Source: Eledone cirrhosa (lineage: Eukaryota). From it: 64,000 bases of DNA. The position numbers and the translations under genes are program-made. Where the stretch lies: positions 35,278,001 through 35,342,000 of the forward strand of contig OZ024760.1 in the NCBI GenBank assembly GCA_964016885.1, given 5' to 3'. Under the pieces are notes generated by a model. It did no database searches. It was not told the DNA's origin and was given only the letters and a program-made list of their open reading frames with translations. Below are positions 1 through 11,251 of this stretch, in pieces. Positions within the stretch are counted from its first letter, which is position 1. Each line of letters opens with the position of its first letter.

Positions 1-1103
1 TTACCTATGTTGGGAGGGTGCCGTTACCTATGTTGGGAGAGTGTCATCACCTATATTAGGAGGGTGCTGTTATCTATGTTACGAGGGTGCCGTTACCTAT
101 GTTGGGATGGTGCCGTTACCTATGTTGGGAGAGTGCCGTTACCTATGTTGCGAGGATGCCGTTACCTATGTTGGGCGAGTGCCATTACCTATGTTAGGAG
201 GGTGCCCTTACCTATGTTGGGAGAGTGCCATTACCTATGTTAGGAGGGTGCCGTTACCGATGTTAGTAGGGTGTATTTACCTATGTTGGAAGGGTGCCGT
301 TACCTATGTTAGAAGGGTGTCGTTTCCTATGTTAGGAGGGTGCCGTTACCTAAGTTTGGAGAGTACTATTACCTATGTTGGGAGGGTGCCGTTACCTATG
401 ATGGGAGGGTGCCGTTACATATGTTAGGTGGGTGCCATTACCTATGTTGGTAGGGTGCCATTACCTATGTTGGGAGGGTGCCGTTACCTATGTTGGGAGG
501 GTGCCATTACCTATGTTGGGAGAGTTCCGTTAACTATGTTAGGAGGGTGTCGTTACCTATGTTGGGAGAGTGCCTTTACCTATGTTAAATGGGTGCCGTT
601 ACTTATGTTAGAAGGGTGCCTTTACCTATGTTGGGAGGATGCCGTTACCTATGTTGAGAGAGTGCCATTACCTATATTGGGAGGGTGCCGTTACCTATGT
701 TGGGAGCGTGCCATTACCTATGTTGGGAGAGTTCCATTATCTATGTTGGGAGGGTGCCGTTACCTATATTGGGAGAGTGCCAATACCTATGTTAGGAGGG
801 TGCCGTTACCTATGTTAGGAGGGTGCCATTACCTATTCTGGGAGAGTGCCATTACCTATATTAGGAGGGTGCCGTTACCTGAGTTGGGAGGGTGCCATTA
901 CCTATGTTGGGAGAGTGCCGTTACCTATGTTGGAAGGGTGCCATTACCTATGTTGGGAGAGTGCCTTTACCTATGTTGGGAGTGTGCCGTTACCTAAGTT
1001 GGGAGAGTGCAATTACCTATGTAGGGAGGGTGCCGTTACCTATGTTAGGAGGGTGCCGTTACCTACGTTAGGAGGGTGCCATTACCTATGTTGGGAGAGT
1101 GCC

Positions 1104-1117
1104 ATTACTTATATTAG
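1104..1117 (+). repeat. Left target-site duplication ATTACTTATATTAG
   Basis: Identical to 1215-1228; it is part of an AT-rich monomer variant that occurs once, undoubled, at the paralogous site 2159-2172. Confidence 0.9.
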
Positions 1118-1214
1118 CCGAGGTTGACTTTGCCTTTCATCCTTACGGGGTTGATAAAATAAAGTACCACTAATGCACTGGGTAATTGTTGGCCTTGTGC
1201 CAAAAGTAGTAACA
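1118..1214 (+). mobile_element. 97-bp insertion, probably a 5'-truncated SINE fragment (octopus/invertebrate-type conserved body and tail)
   Basis: Non-satellite sequence CCGAGGTTGACTTTGCCTTTCATCCTTACGGGGTTGATAAAATAAAGTACCACTAATGCACTGGGTAATTGTTGGCCTTGTGCCAAAAGTAGTAACA between perfect 14-bp direct repeats. The insertion itself is seen directly. The family call rests on my recall of the GACTTTGCCTTTCATCCT..GGGGT.GATAAAAT.AGTACC and GGCCTTGTGCCAAAA motifs in octopus SINEs and has not been searched. Confidence 0.8.
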
Positions 1215-1228
1215 ATTACTTATATTAG
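1215..1228 (+). repeat. Right target-site duplication ATTACTTATATTAG
   Basis: Identical to 1104-1117; the satellite resumes in register (GGGGATGCCGTT) right after it. Confidence 0.9.
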
Positions 1229-4200
1229 GGGGATGCCGTTACCGATCTTGGGAGGGTGCCGTTACCTGCGTTGGGAGAGTGCTATTACCTATGTTAGGAG
1301 GGTACCGTTTCCTATGTTGGGAGAGTGCCATTACCTATCTTGGAAGGGTGCATTTACCTATGTTAGGAGGGTGCCGTTACCTATGTTGGGAGAGTGCCAT
1401 TACCTATGTTAGGAGGGTATCGTTACCTATGTTAGGAGGGTGCCGTTACCTATGTTGGGAGGATACCGTTACCTATGTTGGGAGGGTGCCTTTACCTATG
1501 TTGGGAGAGTGCCATTACCTATGTCAGGAAGGTGCCATTGCCTATGTTGGAAGGGTGCCGTTATCTATGTTGGGAGGGTGCCGTTACCTGTGTGGGGGAG
1601 AGTGCCATTACCTATGTTAGGAGGTTATCGTTACATATGTTAGGAGGGTTCCTTTACCCATGTTGGAAGGGTGCCGTTACATATGTTAGGAGGGTGCCGT
1701 TACCTATGTTAGGAGAGTGCCATTACCTATATTGGGAGGGTGCCGTTACCTATGTTGGGAGCGTGCCATTACCTATGTTGGGAGAGATCCATTATCTACG
1801 TTCGGAGGGTGCCGTTACCTATATTAGGAGAGGGCCAATACCTATGTTAGGAGGGTGCCGTTACCTATGTTAGGAGGGTGCCATTACCTATTCTGGGAGA
1901 GTGCCATTACCTATGTTAGGAGGGTGGCGTTACCTGAGTTGGGAGGGTGCCATTACCTATGTTGGGAGAGTGCCGTTACCTATGTTGGAAGGGTGCCATT
2001 ACCTATGTTGGGAGAGTGCCTTTACCTATGTTGGGAGTGTGCCGTTACCTAAGTTGGGAGAGTGTCATTACCTATGTAGGGAGGGTGCCGTTACCTATGT
2101 TAGGAGGGTGCCGTTACCTACGTTAGGAGGGTGCCATTACCTATGTTGGGAGAGTGTCATTACTTATATTAGGAGGATGCCGTTGCCTATATTGAGAGGG
2201 TGCCGTTACCTATGTTGGGAGGGTGCCGTTACCTGTGTTGGGAGAGTGCTATTACCTATGTTAGGAGGGTGACGTTACCTATGCTGGGAGAGTGCCATTA
2301 CCTATCTTATAAGAGTGCATTTACCTATGTTAGGAGGGTGCCGTTACCTATGTTGGGAGAGTGCCATTACCTATGTTATGAGGGTGTCGTTACCGATGTT
2401 AGTAGGGTGTTTTTACCTATGTTGGAAGGGTGCCGTTACCTATGTTAGAAGGGTGTCGTTTCCTATGTTGGGAGGGTGCCGTTACCTAAGTTCGGAGAGT
2501 ACTATTACCTATGTTGGGAGGGTGCCGTTACCTATGATGGGAGAATGCCATTACCTATGTTGGGAGGGTGCCATTACCTATGTTGGGAGAGTGCCGTTGC
2601 CTATGTTGGGAGAGTGCCATTACCTATGTGGGAGGGTGCCGTTACCTATGTTGGGTGAGTGCCATTACCTATGTTGGGAGGGTGCCATTACCTATGTTGG
2701 GAGAGTGCCATTACCTATGTTAGGAAGGTGCCGTTACCTATATTGGAAGGGTGCCATTACCTAGGTTTGGAGAGTTCCTTTACCTATGTTGTGAGTGTGC
2801 CGTTACCTATGTTGGGAGACTGCCATTACCTATGTTAGGACGGTGCCGTTACCTATGTTGGAAGGGTGCCATTACCTATGTTCGAATGATGACGTTACCT
2901 ATGTTGGGAGATTGCCGTTACCTATGTTGGGAGGGTGTCGTTTCCTATGTTGGGAGGGTGCCGTTACCTAAGTTTAGAGAGTACTATTGCCTATGTTGGG
3001 AGGGTGCCGTTACCTATTTTGGGAGAGTGCCATTACCTATGTTAGGAGGGTGCCATTGCCTATGCTGGAAGGGTGCCGTTACCTATGTTGGGAGGGTGCC
3101 ATTACCTATGTTGGGAGAGTGCCGTTACCTATGTTAGGAGGGTGCCGTTACCTATGTTGGGAGAGTGCCATTACCTATGTTAGGTGGGTGCCGTTACCTA
3201 TGTTAGGAGGGTGCCATTACCCATTTTGGGAGAGTGCCATTACCTATGATAGGAGGGTGCCGTTACCTATGTTGGGAGGGTGCCATTACCTATGTTGGGA
3301 TAGTTTCGTTACCTATGTAGGGAGGGTGCCGTTACCCATGTTAGGAGGATGCCGTTACCTATGTTGGGAGAGTGCCATTAGCTATGTTAGGAGGGTGCCG
3401 TTACCTATGTTGGGAGGGTGCTGTTAACTATGTTGGGAGAGTGTCGTTACCTATGTTAGGAGGGTGCCAATACCTATGTTGGGAGAGTGCCATTAATTAT
3501 ATTAGGAGGATGCCGTTACCTATGTTGGGAGGGTGCTGTTAACTATGTTGGGAGAGTGTCGTTTCCTATGTTGGGAGGGTTCCGTTACCTATGTTGGGAG
3601 AGTGTCATTACCTATGTTAGGAGGGTGCCGTTACCTATGTTGGGAGAGTGCCATTACCTATGTTAGAAGGGTTCATTTATCTATGTTAGGAGGGTGCCTT
3701 TGCTTATGTTGGAAGGGTGCCGTTACCTATGTTAGGAGTGTGCCGTTACCTATGTTTGGAGGGTGCCGTTACCTATGTTAGTAGAATGCCATTACCTATG
3801 TTGGAAGGGTGCCGTTACCTATGTTGGGAGAGTGCCATTACCTGTGTTAGAAGGTTCCCGTTACATATGTTAGGAGGGTTCCTTTAGCCATGTTGGGAGG
3901 GTGCTGTTACCTACGTTTGGAGAGTACTATTATCTAAGTTGGGAGAATGCCGTTACCTATGTTGGGAGGGTGGCGTCACCTATGTTAGGAGGGTGTCGTT
4001 ACCTATGTTGGGAGAGTGCAATTATCTATGTTAGGAGGGTGCCGTTTCCTATGTTGGGAGAGTGCCATTACATATATTAGGAGGATGCCATTACCTATGT
4101 TAGGAGGGTGTATTACCTATGTTAGGAGGGTGCCATTACCTATGTTGGAAGGGTGCCGTTACCTATGTTAGGAGGGTGCCGTTACCTATTTTGGGAGGGT

Positions 4201-7200
4201 GCCGTTACCTATGTTGTGAGAGTGCCATTACCTATGTTTGAGGGTGCCGTTACCTATGTTGGGAGAGTGCCAATACCTATGTTGGGAGGGTGCCGTTACC
4301 TATGTTGGGAGAGTACCATTACCTATGTTGGGTGAGTGCTATTACCTATGTTGGGAGGGTGCCGTTACCTATGTTAGGAGGGTGCCATTACCAATTTTGG
4401 GAGAGTGCCATTACCAATATTAGGAGGGTGCCGTTACCTGAGTTGGGAGGGTGCCATTACCTATGTTGGGAGTGTGCCATTACCTATGTTGGGAGAGTGC
4501 CATTACCTATGTTAGGAGGGTGCCGTTACCTATGTTGGGAGAGTGCCATTACCTATGTTAGGAGAGTGCCGTTACCTATGTTAGGAGGGTGCCATTACCT
4601 ATGTTGGGAGTGTGCCGTTACCTATGTTGGGAGAGTGCCATTACCTATGTAGGGAGGGTGCCCTTACCTATGTTGGGAGAGTGACATTACCTATGTTAGG
4701 AGAATGTCGTTACCTATGTTAGGAGGGTGCCATTACTTATATTAGGAGGATGCCGTTACCTATGTTGGAAGGGTGCTGTTACCTATGTTAGGAGGGTGCC
4801 GTTACCTATGTTGGGAGAGGGGCCATTATCTATATTAGGAGTGTGCCATTACCTATGTTGGGAGAGTGCCATTACTTATATTAGCAGGATGCCGTTACCT
4901 ATGTTGGGAGGGTGCCGTTAACTATGTTGTGAGATTGCCTATACCTATGTTGGGAAAGTGCCATTACCTATGTTAGGAGGGTGCCATTGCCTATGTTAGG
5001 AGGGTGCCGTTACCTATGTTGGAAGAGTGCCATTACTTATGTTAGGAGGTTGCCGTTATATATGTTAGGAGGGTTCCTTTACTTATGTAGGAAGGGTGCC
5101 GTTACCTATGTTACGAGGGTGCCGTTACCTATGTTGAGAGAGTGCCGTTACCTATGTAGGGAGGGTGCTTTTACCTACGTTTGGACAGTACTATTATCTA
5201 AGTTGGCAGAATGCCGTTACCTATGTTGGGAGAGTGCCGTCACCTATGTTAGGAGGTTGCCGTTACCTATGTTGGGAGGGTGCCGTTTCCTATTTTGGGA
5301 GGGTGCCGTTACCTATGTTGGGAGAGTGTCGTTACCTATGTTAGGTCCGTGCCGTTAACTATGTTAGGAGGTTGCCTTTATCTATGTTGGGAGGGTGCCG
5401 TTACCTATGTTGAGAGAGCGCCATTACCTATGTTGGGAGGGTGCCGTTACCTATGTTGGGAGAGTGCCATTACCTATGTTGGGAGAGTGGCATTACCTAT
5501 GTTGGAAGGGTGCCATTACCTATGTTGAAACGTGTGTCATTACCTACGTTAGGAGGGTGCCATTACCTATATTGTAAGAGTGCCATTACTTATATTAGGA
5601 GGATGCCGTTACCTATATTGGGAGGGTGCCGTTAACTATGTTGGGAAAGTGCAGTTATCTATGTTGGGAGGGTGCCGTTACCTATGTTGGGAGAGTGCCA
5701 TTACCTATGTTAGGAGGGTGCTGTTACGCATGTTGGGAAAGTGCTATTACCTATGTTGGAAGGGTGCCGTTGCCTATGTTAGCAGGGTGCCATTGCCTAT
5801 GTTGGAAGGGTGCCGTTACCTATGTTGGGAGGGTGCCGTTAGCTGTGTGGGTAGAGTGCCGTTACCTATGTTGGGACACTGCTGTTACCTATTTCGGGAG
5901 GGTGCCGTTACCTATGTTGGGAGAGTGCCATTACCTATGTTAGGAGGTTGCCGTTACATATGTTAGGAGGGTTCCTTTACCTATGTAGGAAGGGTGCCGT
6001 TACCTATATTACGAGGGTGCCGTTACTATGTTAGGAGAGTGCCGTTACCTATGTTGTGAGGGTGCCGTTACCTATGTTGGGAGAGTTCCGTTACCTATGT
6101 TGGGAGGGTGCCGTTACCTACGTTTGGAGAGTACTATTATCTAAGTTGGGAGAATGCCGTTTCCTATGTTGGGAGCGTGCTGTCATTTATGTTAGGAGGG
6201 TGCCGTTACCTATGTTGGGAGAGTGCCCTTACCTATATTGGGACAGTGCCGTTACTTATGTTAGGAGGGTGCCGTTACCTATGTTAGAAGGGTGACGTTT
6301 CCTATGTTTGGAGGGTGCCGTTACCTATGTTAGGAGGGTGCCGTTACCTATGTTAGGAGGGTGCCATTACCTAGGTTAGGAGGGTGTCATTACCTATGTT
6401 GGGAGAGTGCCCTTACCTGTATTAGGAGGATGCCGTTACCTATGTTGGGAGGGTTCCGTTAACTATGTTGGGAGAGTGACGTTATCTATGTTGGGAGGGT
6501 GCCCTTACCTATGTTAGGAGAGGGCCATTACCTACGTTAGAAGGGTGCATTTACCTATGTTAGGAGGGTGCCTTTATCTATATTTGAAAAGTGCTGTTAC
6601 CTATGTTAGGAGGGTGCCGTTACCTATGTTAGTAGGGTGCCATTACCTATGTTGGAATGGTGCCGTTACCTATGTTGGGAGGGTGCCTTTACCTATGTTG
6701 GGAGAGTGCCATTACCTATGTTGGGAGGGTGCCGTTACCTATGTTAGGAGGGTGCAATTGCCTATGTTGGAAGGTTGCCGTTACCTATGCTGGGAGGGTG
6801 CCGTTACCTGTGTGGGGAGAGTGCCGTTACCTATGTTGGGAGGGTGCCGTTATCTATGTTGGGAGAGTGCCGTTACCTATTTTGGTAGGGTGCCGTTACC
6901 TATCTTGGGAGGGTGCCGTTACGTATATTGGGAGAGTGCCATTACCTACGTTAGGAGAGTGCCGTTACCTATGTTGGGAGGGTGACGTTACCTATGTTGA
7001 GAGAGTGCCGTTACCTATGTAGGGAGGGTGCCGTTACCTACGTTTGGAGAGTACTATTCTCTAAGTTGGGAGAATGCCGTTACCTATGTTGGGAGAGTGC
7101 CGTCACCTATGTTAGGAGGTTGCCGTTACCTATGTTGGGAGGGTGCCGTTATCTATGTTGGGAGAGTGCCGTTACCTATGTTAGGAGGGTGTCGTTACCA

Positions 7201-10200
7201 ATGTTGGGAGAGTTCCATCACCTATGTTAGGTGGGTGCCGTTACCTATGTTAGGATGTTGCCTTTATCTATGTTGGGAGGGTGCCGTTACCTATGTTGAG
7301 AGAGTGCCATTACCTATGTTGGGAGGGTGCCGTTACCTATGTTGGGAGAGTGCCATTACCTATGTAGGGAGAGTGCCATTACCTATGTTGGAAGGGTGCC
7401 ATTACCTATGTTGGGAGAGTGCCTTTACCTATGTTCGGAGTGTGCCGTTACCTATGTTGGGAGAGTGCCATTACCTATGTATGGAGGGTGCCGTTACCTA
7501 TGTTGTGAGAGTGCCATTACCTATGTTAGGAGGGTGCCGTTACCTATGTTAGGAGGGTACCATTACCTATGTTGAAAGGGTGCCATTACCTACGTTAGGA
7601 GGGTGCCATTACCTATATTGGGAGGGTGACGTTAACTATGTTGGGAGAGTGCCATTACCTATGTTAGGAGGGTGCTGTTACGCATGTTGGGAGAGTGCCA
7701 TTACCTATGTTAGAAGGGTGCATTTACCTATGTTAGGAGGGTGCCTTTACCTATGTTGGGAGGGCACCGTTACCTATGTTGGGAGGGTGCCTATACCTAT
7801 GTTGGGAGAGTGCCATTACCTATGTTAGGAGGGTTCCATTGCCTATGTTGGAAGGGTGCCGTTACCTAATATTGGGAGGGTGCCGTTACCTGTGTGAGGA
7901 GAGTGCCGTTACCTATGTTGGGACACTGGCGTTACCTATTTTGGGAGGGTGCCGTTACGTATGTTGGGAGAGTGCCATTACCTATGTTAGGAGGTTGCCG
8001 TTACATATGTTAGGAGGGTTCCTTTACCTATGTAGGAAGGGTGCCGTTATCTATGTTAGGAGGGTGCCGTTGCTATGTTAGGAGAGTGCCGTTACCTATG
8101 TTGGGAGGGTGCCATTACCTATGTTGGGAGAGTTCCGTTACCTATGTTGGGAGGGTGCCGTTACCTACGTTTGGAGCGTACTATTATCTAAGTTGGGTGA
8201 ATGCCGTTACCTATGTTGGGAGCGTGCCGTCACCTATGTTAGGAGGGTGCCGTTACCTATGCGGGGAGGGTGCCATTACCTATGTTGGGAGAGTGCCGTT
8301 ACCTATGTTGGGAGAGTGCCGTTACCTATGTTGGGAGGGTGCCGTTACCTATATTGGGACAGTGCCATCACCTATGTTAGGAGGGTGCCATTAGCTATGG
8401 TAGGAGGGTGCCATTACCTATGTTGCGAGGATGCCGTTACCTATGTTGGGAGGGTGCCGTTACTTATGTTGGAAGGGTGCCGTTACCTATGTTAGGAGGG
8501 TGCTGTTACCTATGTTGGGAGCGTGCCGTTACCTATATTGGGAGGGTGCCGTTACCTAAGTTTGGAGAGTACTATCACCTATGTTGGGAGTGTCCCGTTA
8601 CCTATGTTAGGAGGGTGCCGTTACCTATGTTGGGAGGGTGCCGTTACCTATGTTGGGAGGGTGGCGTTACATATGTTGGGAGGGTGCCATTACCTATGTT
8701 GGGAGAGTGCCATTACCTATGTTAGGAGGGTGCCGTTACCTATGTTGGGAGAGTGCCATTACCTATGTTAGAATGGTGCATTTACCTATGTTAGGAGGGT
8801 GCCTTTACCTATGTTGGAAGGGTGCCGTTACCTATGTTAGGATTGTACCGTTGCCTATGTTTGGAGGGTGCCGTTACCTATGTTAGTAGGGTGCCATTAC
8901 CTATGTTGGAAGGGTGCCGTTACCTATGTTGGGAGAGTGCCATTACCTATGTTAGGAGGTTGCCGTTACATATGTTAGGAGGGTTCCTTTACCTACGTAG
9001 GAAGGGTGCCGTTACCTATGTTAGGAGGGTGCCATTGCTATGTTACGAGAGTGCCGTTACCTATGTTGGGAGGGTGCCATTACCTATGTTGGGAGAGTTC
9101 CGTTACCTATGTCGGGAGGGTGCCGTTACCTACGTTTGGAGCGTACTATTATCTAAGTTGGGTGAATGCCGTTACCTATGTTGGGAGAGTGCCATTACCT
9201 ATGTTGGGAGGGTGCCGTTACCTATATTGGGACAGTGCCATCAACTATGTTAGGAGGGTGCCATTAGCTATGGTAGGAGGGTGCCATTACCTATGTTGCG
9301 AGGATGCCGTTACCTATGTTGGGAGGGTGCCGTTATTTATGTTGGAAGGGTGCGGTTACCTATGTTAGGAGGGTGCTGTTACCTATGTTGGGAGCGTGCC
9401 GTTACCTATGTTAGGAGTGTACCGTTGCCTATGTTTGGAGGGTGCCGTTACCTATGTTAGTAGGGTGCCATTACCTATGTTGGAAGGGTGCCGTTACCTA
9501 TGTTGGGAGAGTGCCATTACCTATGTTAGGAGAGTGCCGTTACCTATGTTAGGAGAGTGCCGTTACCTATGTTGGGAGAGTGCCATTACCTATGTTAGAA
9601 GGGTGCATTTACCTATGTTAGGAGGGTGCCTTTACCTATGTTGGAAGGGTGCCGTTACCTATGTTAGGAGTGTACCGTTGCCTATGTTTGGATGGTGCTG
9701 TTACCTATGTTGGGAGGGTCCCGTTACCTATGTTAGGAGGGTGCCGTTACCTATGTTGGGAGGGTGCCGTTACCTATGTTGGGAGGGCGCCGTTACATAT
9801 GTTGGGAGGGTGCCGTTACCTATGTTGGGAGAGTGCCATTACCTATGTTAGGAGAGTGCCGTTACCTATGTTGGGAGAGTGCCATTACCTATGTTAGAAG
9901 GGTGCATTTACCTATGTTAGGAGGGTGCCTTTACCTATGTTGGAAGGGTGCCGTTACCTATGTTAGGAGTGTACCGTTGCCTATGTTTGGAGGGTGCCGT
10001 TACCTATGTTAGTAGGGTGCCATTACCTATGTTGGAAGGGTGCCGTTACCTATGTTGGGAGAGTGCCATTACCTATGTTAGGAGGGTGCCGTTACCTATG
10101 TTAGGAGGGTGCCATTAACTATGTTGGAAGGGAGCCATTACCTATGTTGGGAGGGTGCCGTTACCTATGTTGGGAGAGTGCCATTACCTGTGTTGGGAGG

Positions 10201-11251
10201 GTGCCGTTACCTATGTTGGGAGAGAGCCATTACCTATGTTAGGAGGGTGCCATTACCTATGTTAGGAGGGTGCCATTACCTATATTGGAAGGGTGCCGTT
10301 ACCTATGTTGGGAGAATGTTATTACCTATGTTGGGAGGGTGCCGTTACCTATGTTGGTGGGTGCGTTACCTATGTTGGGTGAGGGCCGTTACCTATGTTA
10401 GGAGAGGGCATTTATCTATGTTAGGAGGGTGCCGTTTCCTATGTTGGGAGCGTGCCGGTACCTATGTTAGGAGGGTGCCATTGCCTATGTTTGGAGGGTT
10501 CCGTTACCTATGTTGGCAGAGTGCCATTACTTATGTTAGGAGGGTGCCGTTACCTATGTTGGGAGGGTGCCATTACCTATGTTGGGAGAGTGCCGTTACC
10601 TATGTTAGGAGGGTGCCGTTACCTATGTTGGGAGAGTGCCATTACCTATGTTAGGTGGGTGCCGTTACCTATGTTGGGAGTGTGCCATTACCTATGTTGG
10701 GAGAGTTCCGTTACATATGTTGGAAGGGTGCCATTACCTATGTTGGGAGAGTGCCTTTACCTATGTTGGAAGTGTGCCCTTATCTATGTTGGGAGAGTGC
10801 TATTACCTATGTAGGGAGAGTGGCGTTACCTACGTTTGGAGAGTACTATTATCTAAGTTGGGAGAATGCCGTTACCTATGTGGGGACGGTGGCGTCCCCT
10901 ATGTTAGGAGGGTGCCGTTACCTATGTTGGGAGAGTGCAATTATCTATGTTAGGAGGGTGCCGTTTCCTATGTTGGGAGGGTGCCATTACCTATGTTAGG
11001 AGGGTGTATTACCTATGTTAGGAGGGTGCCATTACCTATGTTCGGAGTGTGCCGTTACCTATGTTGGGAGGGTGCCGTTAACTATGTTGGGAGAGTGCCA
11101 TTACCTATGTTAGGAGGGTGCCGTTACCTATATTAGGAGGGTTCCTTTACCGAAGTTGGAAGGGTGCCATTACCTATGTTGGAAGGGTCCCGTTACCTAT
11201 GTTGGGAGATTGACGTTACCTACGTTGGGAGGGTGCCGTTACCTATGTTGG

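Larger units (their letters stand above)
660..2395 (+). repeat. Diverged duplication, 1,055-bp offset (~660-1430 vs ~1715-2395); second copy lacks the insertion
   Basis: Rare variants shared at offset 1055: CAATACC (781/1836), CCTATTCTGGG, CCTGAGTTGGG, CCTAAGTTGGG. ORFs starting at 846 and 1901 are nearly identical up to the insertion. Confidence 0.8.

Noticed and set aside
1118-1214. Insert as tRNA/ncRNA gene, MITE or promoter/polyA element (AATAAA at 1158)
   Set aside because: No cloverleaf or Pol III A/B boxes and no terminal inverted repeats seen. AATAAA lies within the SINE-like body with no gene nearby.
1173-1412. ORF with a unique N-terminus (MHWVIVGLVPKVVT)
   Set aside because: It starts inside the 97-bp insertion and reads into the satellite; a chance fusion.
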